DNA of 63,956 bases, counting the filler, from Welwitschia mirabilis (Eukaryota): the NCBI GenBank assembly GCA_051453625.1. It is 6 parts of one record of this genome, joined end to end, with 100 filler letters (N's around TTAATTAATTAA, not from the genome) between each part and the next. Parts side by side here need not be neighbours in the genome. Positions count along the whole stretch, not along the records: positions 1 to 14,817 come from JBOZIK010000001.1; positions 14,918 to 41,516 come from JBOZIK010000001.1; 4 more parts are not named here. One strand, 5' to 3'. The number at the start of each line of letters is the position of its first letter. Position 1 is the stretch's first letter. Positions 11,136-23,572 of the stretch are shown here, piece by piece. Under the pieces are notes generated by a model. That model ran no database searches and was not told where the DNA came from. It saw only the letters and a list, made by a program, of their open reading frames with translations. Both the position numbers and the translations under genes were made by a program.

Positions 11136-14100
11136 TAGGAGTTGGTAATTTTAATCCTTTGAAATAATTATTTTTGAAGAAAATATATACTACCCTCCTT
11201 AATGTAGACCTTCTATCCTCACACCACTCAAAAGAAAATTATTATGATAGTTCTATAAATAGAGGGGATAGCCTTACATCAAACAAAATGTCATTCTTGA
11301 GATTTGAAACTCAAACCTAACAGCTATTTTTGTAATTACTTCATAATAACTACTCTAACTCTATTTTAAGTAATTAGAAACAAAAGACATTCTAAATTGC
11401 TATAAACATAAATCATTCTCAGTTAAAGCTTTTAGAGCTTGAGATGCCAATAAAACACACATGTAGGCATAGGTAATAGTGATAGTGAATGTTAAAATCA
11501 TTGAAGCAATGCATTAGGAATCCTAGCACATCAGAGCGCAATCTCTTGATGCAGGTAAGAGTGATGGCTCTCTCACTTATTGATAGACTACACAGATGTA
11601 GTCACTGTGTCCCTTGGACTTTGACTTAATCTTTTTATTTTCACTGAATCTATGGGTTAATCTCACTATGCATCTACTGTGAGAGGGTTGTGTAAAGTGT
11701 AAAACATCAAAAATAAAATTTGCTTTCATGGAGATCCTTCAGAAGATATTCTAACCTCTGTTAACACAAAGGGAAAAGAAAATACTTGACAAAAATAAGA
11801 AACACAAAATTTTGAATCGCGATCTATCAACACCTCTGTCAATCAAAATTTGCAAATAAAATAAGAAAGAGCAAATGAATCATAGCTGAAAAACCAAAGC
11901 CCTCTCTTATTAGACGAAGAAGGCTTAGCTCACAAAAAATAAATGCCAAAGAAATGACACAAGCAGGCCACATTCATAGTTCATGTAACTTAGTGAAAGA
12001 TGAGGCTTAACAAAATGGGGAATCTGATGCAAAAAAAGGCAAATCAGATTCTATTAACTTTGAATGGGAAGTGTCACAATGCAAGACACTTGATGTGAGA
12101 GAATCTTTCTTAGCTATTATTATGCAATAATGTGATGACCATTTATTCTATTACTCTTCTTTAATAGTCATTTCTGGAGCATTATTGACCTATGTATCTA
12201 CTTCATCCTTACCAGCTCATAACCTCATGCACATTTTTATTAAGTTAGTTAAGCATTTCACCTCCTTAAGCTCTCAACAATTTTTGAATTAGGATCTTGT
12301 AAGTAGTAATGAAGCCATTCTCTATCTTGATCTTATACCAATTGTAGTTACAGAGCACATAGAAGCATATTAGGAGGGAGAATGAAGTCTAGAGAACGAA
12401 GTTTAAAGATTATCATGAAAGTGTAACTCAAGGATTTCATTATTGAATGCAAATAAATAATCAACTTATAGACTAATAACAGATTCATAAGCTGTGGATT
12501 AAATTACAAATAATATGAGCTAATAGAGAAATCAAACTAAATATAACCACTGACCTTTTGTATAGGGGCATATCCATTGTATCCTATTTTTAAGATGAAC
12601 CCCAACACCTTCAACATCTTTCTAATCTTCATTTAATAACAAATATAGAAGTCATCACTCTCAACCTAATTTTTCCAACTATAATAAAATTATCCTTATA
12701 GAGAAATAATGTAGGAACTCAAAAAGATACAAGATACTACTAGTAAAATATTAGAAATTTAGAATAAAAACTTAGAAAATTTGATTTGCCTTCTTTGACA
12801 GAACATGCTAGATAATCAAAAACCTTAAGAATCACTTGCCTCTCAAACTATTCCAAACCCATTGATGTACAGAAAGATTAGAAAGTAGTAATCAGAAGTG
12901 GACATGGTACTACTTCTCATAAAAAACCTTTAACTTTTGTCCAAAAAGAAAAGGGAAAATATTAAGAAGATGATATTGAAATTCTTATTCAACTAAATGT
13001 TCCTAAATCCAACAACAATAATCAACATCCTACGGAGAAGAGTACTCCATGGTTGAAAAGATTAAATAACAATCCAACTTATGATGAATGTTTGAAAGTA
13101 ATTATGAATGATGTCATTATCAATCTACCCTTTTATAATATCCTTTAAAACAATTCCAAGTATAATAAAATTTGGAAGGATCTAGTAAAAAGAAAACAAA
13201 GAGAGTAATTTCAAGTAAAATATTCATTACACCATCTCTCTCCAACTTAGTTTCTTAAAAATGTCCTAAGTTTAAAGATCAAAGTGCAACCACTATTTGT
13301 GTTTTTTTTTGGAAGAAAATAAGAAAATCAAGAAATCTCTAATATACATATGAGTAAGTGTTAATATTATGCCTTTTCACATTTATAAAAATCTTGGATT
13401 AGAAGGGAGAATTAAACCTACCAAAATAGTGTTGGAATTGGCTGATGCATCAATTAAGAAACCTATAAGAATAATTAAAGACTTAGTAATTCAAATCCAG
13501 AAAGCTTTCTATCCTATAGATGTGGTCATTATAGAGGTTAAACATAATGGTGAATGCCCTCTACTTTTAGAAATCGCTTTTTATACAATACCTCATTGTG
13601 TCATTAATACTTACATAGGGATGATGGAATGTCATACAAGTAATAAAAAGATTAGTATCAGAGTATTCAATGCTACTGAGAAAGACATGAAAGATGAATG
13701 AGATATAAAAGAAAAAGTTAGGTCATTCATGTTAGTTCAACATCATTCTTTAGAAGAAAGGCTCCTTTCATCACATAATTCTACCTTCTTGAAGGATGAG
13801 GAAGAATATTCTATTATTCTTCAATCGTTAAACTTCTCTAATCCTTATAACATTAACTTAGATCTTTTAAACCACTCTTCCAATAATTATTTTCATAAGA
13901 ACTTTGAATCCATACTTGATCATGATATCCAACATGTATGACCCATTTAAAATATTTTATATTAAGATGGGTATTCTATAACTATGAAGGATGAAAATGA
14001 TCTTCAATTTGAAAACTTATTCACTGGCTTGAAATAAATTTTCTCAAATAATGTTAAGCAATTAATCAATATTTCTCAACTTCATCCTTCTCAAGAAAAA

Positions 14101-14817
14101 GCCTTACTTAATCTTGTCATTAAGACAATAATCAAGGATAAAATTACTAAACATAGGTTATTTTATGCTTTTGTATAATACTTAAGTACATTCTATATAT
14201 AACAAGATAACCTCTAAGAGGTTTGGTCCTTATTGCGTGGAAAGGTTACATTCTAATGGCTCTATTGAGATCTCTGACCTTCAAAATCAAGAAATCCAAA
14301 AAGTAAATGGACAAAGGTTAAAATGTTATACATTACTAGATGTTTGTTGTTATACCTTGAACATGATAGAAATAATTAACTTGAAAGATCCTCTTTGCAA
14401 GAAGGAATATCTTCCCTTGATCATCTACTAGATTCTTTCTTAACTTTATTTTTATGTTTAACTTATGAGACTACTTGATCATCTTTAACTTGATTTATGT
14501 TTGACTTCCATAGATGTTATCATGATTAAGTAATTCTTCACTTTGGGTTCTCATGTGATAAAGATTAGATTAAGCCAATATTAAGATATTCTAATATCTA
14601 CAATCAATATCTTTGATTATTTTATGGTAAAATATTAATTATGTTAATCTAATACTTACTTTTAGTCATATACTTTGTTACCTTATCATTACAATGATTA
14701 ATCAATTCTATCAAAAATGGGGAGTCTAAGTCAATGGGGAAAAAACAAAAAAAGGAAAAAAAAGAGGGAAATATTAAAAAAAAGGTAAAAAAGAAAAGGT
14801 AAAAGAAAAATGAATTA

Positions 14818-14917
14818 NNNNNNNNNNNNNNNNNNNNNNNNNNNNNNNNNNNNNNNNNNNNTTAATTAATTAANNNNNNNNNNNNNNNNNNNNNNNNNNN
14901 NNNNNNNNNNNNNNNNN
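14818..14917. other. Artificial 100-bp scaffold spacer N44-TTAATTAATTAA-N44 (12-mer also at 41561, 56685, 59312, 62411)
   Basis: An identical palindromic 12-mer, giving stops in all six frames, is centred in N runs five times. Confidence 0.95.
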
Positions 14918-17555
14918 ACATCAACTATTAATTAAATGTATTTCTCTAAAGTGATAGTGAAATCCTTAATTAAATTAGTTAATTTACCTCTCTCTTCTTC
15001 CTTGTCATGTTTTAGCTCTTTGAAATCTTTTATGATTTGGCTTACAGTTTGATTTTTCTTAGTGTGTTTAGGCCAAATTTGACTTATTTATACTAGATTT
15101 TCCAACATATTTCATACCTCTTCTAAGACTAAGTTTATCAAGTTAACCTTGACTATTCAGTCCACTATATAAATAATTGACTAATTCCTCTTTATGAAAT
15201 TCCTCAATAAGATTGAAATGGATAGCTATAATAAAACATTCATATGTTGTGGCATAATTCTCATAAGGTTGTTGTTAAAATTTAATAACTTACTTTCTTG
15301 TTTTTTTCATGGTACTTTTATTTACAATTCTTTTAATAAACACTTCTTGCACTTAGTTTTATGATTTAAGACACTTATGTCAAATGGTTTTAATCCAAAT
15401 TTTTTCCTCTCTTCAAAGTGTGACAAGAAAATTAATCATATAAGTATGATCACTAATGCATTTATTTCCATTTTTTGAGGTAATAACAAGTCTTTCAATG
15501 TCAGCTAGATGTTGGAAAGGGTCTTTCTTAGGTTTCATTGAAAAAGTTGGATAGGCACTCAAATTTCTTAATTCTACATAATCATTGATCGGTAAATAAA
15601 AAGTATTCTGGATTTCATATTTTATACTAGTAATTAAATCTCTAAGAGGAACATTTACATTCAAAGTAGAATTTTCTATTATGATTAACATATTAGATGA
15701 AGTTACTTGCTTTTGGTTGTATGAGGATTCAACATAGTTGAAGAAGAAATGACATGATTTACTTTTATGCTATAATTGTCTTTTGTAAAATATGATTCTA
15801 AAATAATAAAAATAGAAAAATATTCTTCTTTAATTCTTGAATTTTGCATACCCAGAATGTGCATAACTAGATTTTGCTTAAAGTTAAATAATCCTTCTTT
15901 AATATTTTCTTTAATCAAGTTCTGCTCTCTCTGATATTTTGTCTTTCTATCAGAATTTACCACATCCCTATATACCTAGTTATGGGGATAATAGAAGGGA
16001 TGAAATCACAATAACAAAAACTTAGATAAAAATTAGCATAAGTAAAAAAAAACTATCATCTAGTTTGTCATGAAGATGATAGTAAAGAATACAATATTTT
16101 TATTACTAATCTATATAGATAGAAAGAAAATTTGTGGAAAAAAGAAATTCAAAAATGTAGAACTATTGTTTCCAATATCATAGGATAATGGAGAGGATGA
16201 CAATGATATTTTAAAGTTATAGAAAATAAAAATTATCTAAAATAAACCTACTTTCATCAATGCTATAATAAATCCTAAACTAAAATTCAAGGTACCTATC
16301 TCGATAGTGATAATTCTCTTACTTCTTATAGCCTTTCCTAGCAATGATACCAAAATGTTGCATATGAATTTATGTAATCTGTAAGTCTGTAGGAAAAACT
16401 TGTAAATCATACTACTTATAGAAAACACACACTAGTAGAGATGGGAGTTAACTCAAATGTTGTAATCCATTGAAAGCACTAGGCTAGATGTTAGAGAATT
16501 GATTTCATGAATTATTTTTAATATTTTCTATTTTATTAAATTAAAGTCAACAATAATGCAAATACAATGTAATATGAATGAAGGTAAATGTAATGGATGA
16601 AATGGAAGTGAGATGAGTTTTATTTGGATTCTAATCCTCCTATCATAGGAACTAGTTCCTTATACTTTAGATCAATTAGGAAGAGTCTATCACTTATTTC
16701 TAACCAAGATAAACTATAAGATATGTCAAATATAATATACAAATATGAAATAGAATAAATGAAATGTAATGCAAGATCTAGACTAATAAAGTCAACCTTA
16801 ATAAAGGTTTCCCTTATGATCTAGATAAACTATAGAGTTGTCACAAAACTATAATCAAATTAAACCATAAGGAACATTTACATAATAGTAGTTAAAAGAG
16901 TAATTAAATTAATCATAAATGTTTACATCCACTTACATAAAAGTAGTAGCACTTTAGTGGAGGATAATCACCTCAACACTAAGGTAAACTTCTCTCTATA
17001 GCTACTAGATGGACCTATTATCTTTCAATCTTCTATCATAAGAACATCAGATACAAAATATGGAACAGAAAGTGAAGAAAAGGGAGGGTATTTATAGTTT
17101 TACATTGAAGTTATAGAAGTTCAACACTAGGAGTCAGAGAAGAAAGCCTAGTAGCCCAATAGGTTTCTTCTTAACTATCATGGGGATAATAATAAGGATG
17201 TTACTTTATTTTAAAAGGTGGATCATCAGGTCTAGGTCCTGCAGTCAACTTGATAGACCCCATTCATGTTAATAGTATTGTCATCCTACCTATTGTGGAA
17301 ATGAAAAAGAGGACGACAAGCTTCTCCATCTTCTAGTTCAAAGAGAAATTAGTCTTCTACATGATAAATCCTTCCTTTAAAGTATGAAGTATTAAAATAA
17401 GCCTAAGATGCCTTGAAATATGCTAAGCATCACATGTTTTAGTTATCATTCTATTAGTTCTATATAATCATCCTAATTGCATCCAAACTTGTTTAAATGT
17501 TCTGCAAAAGTACTTAAAATACACCATCAAATTCCTACGAATTAGCATTACAATA
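14918..17555 (-). mobile_element. Athila-like 5' LTR (16356-17555), PBS, leader and gag N-terminal half; probably the 5' part of element A
   Basis: The minus strand reads ...TGCAACA TTTTGGTATCATTGCTAGGAA (LTR end plus PBS). ORFs 15703-15963 and 15413-15691 are homologous to the gag starts at 31571 and 60060. Confidence 0.8.
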
Positions 17556-17649
17556 ATATAATAGAAAGCAAAGAACATCTAGAAAAATATTAAATTTATT
17601 TAGTACATTTTCATGATTATTAGTATTGCATTTATTTAACTACATCAAG

Positions 17650-20600
17650 GATATAGAATCCTACTAAAAATGTATCTCTAATGATTCATTTGTAAGATAT
17701 CCATCTACATCAGGGTTATAGACACTCACTAGCAATTAACACTAAATCCTTCTTATACAACATCACTAGAAGATATCACAACAATAAATGTTCAGTGTGA
17801 TTAAATTCTTAAAAAATAGATGTCCATACAAGAAGAAGGGAAAAGAATGAAATCAAGAAGGAATTAGAGAAATATTTTGTTTTCTTATTTGAATAACTGA
17901 ATTTAACATTCTTTGGGTAGTTTTAAGGTTACAAGGATTTACTAATTTATACTTTTCTTTTACTTGGTAAAGGATCCACCCAAAATTATGTAAATACTTA
18001 ATATCATTAACTTGTCTTTCATCTTGTTTCATTTATTCATAGGATGCTTAGCAAGATTTTAAATTATATTCACTCATTCCATTACATTTTCATTCACTTT
18101 CATTATCCATTTCAAGCCATAGTTCTTTAATTTTTCTTTTATGAAAAATAAACACATTATTTTTTCTATGATTTGATTTATCTATCTTTGTTTATATATC
18201 AGGTAAAATTAATTTAAATTAGTGATAAAATCTAGTTATCCAATAGTCCTTCTTTTACTTATTTTTATAAAAACCCATGATTTCCAAGTCATCTACATCA
18301 CAAACTCATTTTTCCTATGATCATCATGCTACTACAATCCTATTTAATTCATCCAAGCCATGTCTTTGAACTATTCTAGCACTATTTCCTACCCTTACTA
18401 GTGCCACTATCTTTTTGTATTTTCATGCATCTAATCCTCTCTTTTAGTGCTCTTTAGGTCTTTTGTTGATTTCTAGATTATTGTTATCTTGTTTTTATTC
18501 CAAAAGCTTATCTATTCTCTTATCACTCCATTTTTGACCTTATTAACTTTTATTTCTAGTTCTTTTTCATTTTCATTTCTTTTTTCTTTCTTCTATTCTA
18601 TCATTTTAGGACATCATGAATGGAAGAGTAGGTTCCTTTTTGGAGGAAGGTATTTTTACATCATTCCTTACTTTATTTGTACTTTTCTACCTTGACAAAA
18701 TTTAAGCAAGGAATTGGAACTACTTACTAGAGGAGAATAATACCTATTACTTCCAAAAGGCTATTTCTAAATTATATAAGAATGTAGTAATTGATGAAGA
18801 TGACCCTTCAGTAATCCACTCCTCTATGCAACACACTTCCTTTACAATTTTCTTAAATGATGTAAAAGCCTTATTAGGAGTAGAATATCATGATATTTTT
18901 CCTTATATCCTTATCAAATCCCTTAACTATTGTTTTGCTACTTTTAATATTGAATATGCACCTAATAGAAAAGGCATCCTACCTTGCAAATATCTCTACA
19001 AAAACCAACTTATACTTTTTAGGTTTATCATTTGAAATGTTTTAACCACATTTCATGTAGTTGATGTTTATATTAGTTACCTTGATATGATTAGAAATAT
19101 TTAAGATGGTAAGCCCTTTGATATTGTGAAATGTCTTTCCATTACTATAGTCAATAATATAAGCCACAATAGTAATATTCCCTTCTCTAACTAGTTTTAA
19201 CACATAATAATTTATCTTGTAATCAAGTTATTTAAGTAATTTATCTTAATGGATGATGTTAATATTACTAAATTATCATGACAATTTGTATTTTATCTTT
19301 TTTATTTATTAATCATGAACTTATCATTTGTTCATGACATTTTCAAGACATTTATGTTTTTTTTAAAAACATGCTTAAAGATGATGATAATTCAGGATAA
19401 AACATCAATGCCATCATTCATGTTACCTAGCACTACTAGTCTTTAAGAGTAAAGTACTTTGATTCTTATTTCCCCGACATGTCATCTAAAATTCAGTCGA
19501 ATGCAGTTATTGACTTAACTACATTTTACTTTGGAAATAACTTGTAACTTTAATAACATGTGGTAATGATGACAATGATACAAAGCAATGATATATGTTA
19601 GTATTGAGTAGGATAAAAATAAAGACACATGATAGTATTAGTGGTCTTCAAAAGCAGTAGCAACTAGAAGCTAAGTTTTATGCTCGTCATAATAATTTAT
19701 ACCTAATGAAATATGATAAATGTCCTACCTAATGTTACATGCCATAATTTATAATTACTAACCTAATGATATAAACCAAAGGCTTGTAACCACCTCCCAC
19801 CTCCATGCTTTCCTATAAAAGGGCCTTAAACCCTCCTTGATATGATCCTTTATTTTGGTAAAAGATATAATCTTTGGAGCATCAGGTTATAATGGCCTTA
19901 TAAGCATTTTTTTGGGGTAATTCACTTACCTTTAGGAAAAGCTTAAGGAGTTCTAGCAGCATTCCTCTTCCTTTGATGTAATGTGCATTTGTTTTCCTCA
20001 ATACATAAATGGGGTTTTCCTTTTAATTGCAATTCATGAGTTACTTTTTGCTTAGAATGCTTAGGTAATAACTTAACTATCATGTTCCATTTTCATTTGA
20101 CTAAATTCTATAATTACTTCATTTAAGTCTTTATAGTTTTATGGATTTTGGATGCCTCAGGTCCTTACTTTCTATTTTTACTTTANNNNNNNNNNNNNNN
20201 NNNNNNNNNNNNNNNNNNNNNNNNNNNNNNNNNNNNNNNNNNNNNNNNNNNNNNNNNNNNNNNNNNNNNNNNNNNNNNNNNNNNNTATAGTTTTATGGAT
20301 TTTGAATGCCTAAGGTCCTTACTTTCTATTTTTACTTTAGGGCTATGAAAGATCAAGTGGAAATTAAGTTCACCAGTTTTCATATGATGAATGAAATTAT
20401 GTTATCATGACCTGAGCCATCATACTTAATAATGTAAAGTGTGTTTTAGGATAGCATAGGATAATAAAAGTGAAGGATTTTTGATAAATAAATTGATGCA
20501 AACTTTGAACTTACTCTCTTTCTTACTTTTCTAATAAAGTTTTACAACAAATTTCATAACTCTTTCATTTTCCTTTATTTTATTTGTAACTTGCAAGTCA

Positions 20601-23281
20601 GTAAGATTAAACTATAATTATTCCTATAAAAAGAATAATAATACTTAAATCTAGCTCATTATATGAAATGAATACTTAGTTGTAGACTTAATCCACAATG
20701 CCTTAGCTCATACCCTAAACTTTGAAGAATGAAATAGAACCTTTATTGAAACCATTACTTCTAGAAATACTATTAACTTGTGAAGTGTAAGAATTAGAAT
20801 TGGATTTGAGATGGCCTTTAAGAAATCCAATAATAAGAGCAAATAAATCCTTAATCTCTCATGTTCCTTCTTCTTTCTATTCTCCACCCCTTACAAGAAG
20901 AAAGAGAAAGTCTCTTATGGGTGAAACCTCTTATGATCCTTCTTCTCCACCTTCTTCGACTCCTACTTTTATCCCTCATAGACATTTCTCCACTACTTTA
21001 AGTGATAGCTTTTAGAGGAATTTCCCAAATCTTAGAGGACTTAGATTAGAAAACGATGAGGAAAAATGAAAAAATTACAAAGAAACAAAAGAAAATATCT
21101 AAAATATAAGAAAAGAGGGATGAAAAACTAAAAAGATTAGCTTCTTATAGATCTTTTAGTTAAATTATTCTTACTCTTTCACTTTGTCACCCTTTTTCAC
21201 TTGCATTTTTTAGTTGTAATAGATACATTATACTTGCATTTTGCTTTATTATAATGTATTTTGAGTTTAATAGAAAATCAATGTGAATTTTTGGCCATAT
21301 AACTTTAAATGACTTAATTTGGTTATTAGGTTGTAAAACATAAGAATTAATGTCTAACTCTTAATAAATTCAATGCTACCAGCCTCTCTAATTGGTGCCA
21401 TCACCACAACATTCACGTAAAGGTTCCCATTTTATATAGGCATTGTTGATCATCTATGTTATGTTTTTAGCTCTCAGGTTTTTGTTAAAAAGTTATAGAA
21501 ACTAACTAATTCAAATTCATCTTTTATACCTTAATTTCAAAATCATCACATTTAATCCTCATTTTCCATTATATTTATGAGATTTTGCAGTTATATATTT
21601 TAGATTTAGAAGTTCAAGACATTATAACTAAAGTATCATTTTTGATTTTTAGTTATTCATTTGTATTAGTTTGTAATTTATCTTTTCTAATTAATCATGC
21701 ATTGCACATTTTCTTTTTAGTAATTTGTTTCCTATCTAATTCTAGATCAAATTAGCACATGTATTATTCATCTCTCATTATGTTCACATTTAATTTTTAA
21801 TCTTTTAAACTTTAAGAATAAATTATACTTTGATTGTGGAAAGTGGCATTTTCACTTAAACTACTTACTTATCATGCTCCATTATTTATTTAAAGTGTAA
21901 AATTTTTAAGTATATGAATCAAACATGTTTTAAAAAATCTTTATCTTTTGTACTTGATTGAGCTAACTTATAATTTTACCATGTTATCTAATTGTTAACA
22001 TAGTTATTTGCTAAGGGACTAGAAAAAGATTAGCTGAGGGAGATAATAACACTTAAAATTTGACATTTATATCAAGAAATTAAGGCCTTGTTAGTAATTT
22101 TAATTAATCATCTTAATGGTTTTACATATTTCTTATGCTTAAGGACATGAAAAATCATATTTTACTACTAATATTTTTTAACACTATCATTGTACATGAT
22201 AAGTGTCATATCAAGAGCATTTTGGAAAGATATGGAGGTTTTTTTATCATAATTGGTAGCAGCACTAGTCCTAGCCATAATGACATTAATTACCTAGAGT
22301 TTAATAGTAGCATTCTTATGTTCCTAAGTTCTATTAATGTAAGACATTCATTCTAACCATTCTTACAAAGAGACAAAGGAGGAAAATCATTTTCTAAGAA
22401 AAACCCCTTAATTTAACCCCATGATTAAATATTTATTTATGTGCTTTGGACATTTTTTAGAATGATGTCATTATGCCTTTTGAAACCCTAATTGTAAAGC
22501 CTAATCCTAGCTTATAAATATCATACCTCTCCTCACTTGAAGGATATCACTTAATAGAGAATTATTTATTAAAGAGATCAGAGATTTAGTTATAAAGCTA
22601 GCATGACGATTCTTGGTTTAGCATGAGTACATTTTTAGATTGTATTCTTTAATTTTTGAAATAAAATGTGTTACACATTATTGATGCATTACTTTAATGT
22701 CAAGTTGTGAATGTCATACATGGTATACTTAGGATTGGTTGAGGCATGCTTTTACTTTAAGATCTACCTTGGTAATTATTCCCTTTCATTCTAGTTTGCA
22801 TAATCTAAATGTCTATCTAATGGATCTTAAGAGGCTCCTACTTTTCAAACTTATTTTATTCTTACTATAAAGGCTAATGACTTGGTTATATCACTTTCAT
22901 ATCCATGATAAGTGATATTATTCCCTTATACTTGAAATTATGCTATATGAACACTCATGGTCATAGTGAAATATATCATTGTAAATGAACTACAAGTAAA
23001 GATACATGTTTTTACTTTAAGTATCTATATTTTTCCTTTAAGTTATTATGTCTGTAAGATCATTTCATTCTCTACTACTCTTTAGTATTATGGTTGCTTT
23101 CCTAATATCTTTTATCATTTATCTAGTGAAAGAATGACACTAGGACTATAATATAAATAGAAGTCCTACTACTTTAGTAAAATTTAGATTTGATCATGTA
23201 AGATTTATATCCCTAGGATGATCTTATGATTTATCATATATTAATGATAGATAAATGCATATCCAAATTTGACCATGAACA
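17650..23281 (+). mobile_element. 3' portion of a second Athila-like family: extra-ORF remnant, 3' non-coding region, PPT, 3' LTR (~22044-23281)
   Basis: An Athila-type pre-LTR motif CTAAGGGACTAGAAAAAGATTAGCTGAGGGAGA lies at 22011-22043. The LTR-like block has a TATA box (CTTATAAATA ~22511) and ends ...GAACA. Degenerate coding-like sequence lies at 18400-19380. Confidence 0.6.
19385..20385 (+). repeat. Probable solo LTR of another family inserted in the extra-ORF region
   Basis: Starts with TG, contains a CCTATAAAAGGG TATA-like box (~19812) and is flanked by GATGA on both sides. The 3' end is not canonical CA, so the boundaries are uncertain. Confidence 0.35.
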
Positions 23282-23572
23282 TGTGATAGGATGAGTGAAT
23301 GATGAAAGGGAGTTAGCACACTAAACAAGAGTGGTGGAGACTTAAAGTGAATGTAGGTAGTTTATAGGGAACTAATAGTGTTTTCACAATAAGCGGACTA
23401 GTGACCAATAGCATAAGAGCACTACAATTTTGATAGTCAGTTAATAATAGATTAGTACTTATGATAGTTACCAAAACAATATTTTGAGAGCATGACAGCA
23501 AGAGGCACTAGGGCATTAGAGTAAGGAAACACAAACAGGAAGATAGGCCATGTAGAAATGTAAGAAAAACAC

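Larger units (their letters stand above)
9851..12607 (-). mobile_element. Element C: complete non-autonomous gag-only Ty1/copia-type LTR element (TR-GAG-like)
   Basis: Direct repeats at 9851-10116 and 12343-12607. TSD CCTTC at 9846-9850 and 12608-12612. Minus-strand PPT at 10117-10129 and decayed tRNA-Met PBS at ~12325-12340. The interior has gag only. Confidence 0.9.
7991..14817 (+). mobile_element. Athila-like element B2: LTR 3' end, PBS, gag (interrupted by element C), PR, internal deletion of RT-RH-INT core, INT C-terminus
   Basis: 7991-9270 is a diverged paralog of 6530-7890. ORF 13369-13701 (LELADASIKKP..IKDLVIQI..FYPIDVVI) is gypsy protease region. ORF 14237-14431 carries KVNGQRLKCY. 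No RT or RNase H motifs lie between them. Confidence 0.8.

Noticed and set aside
14862..14873. Recurrent palindromic TTAATTAATTAA (five copies)
   Set aside because: It is always centred in a 100-bp N block, so it is an artificial six-frame-stop scaffold linker and not biology.
23282..23572. Purine-rich 290-bp segment between two LTRs
   Set aside because: It is probably a fragment of another repeat, but too short and featureless to assign.
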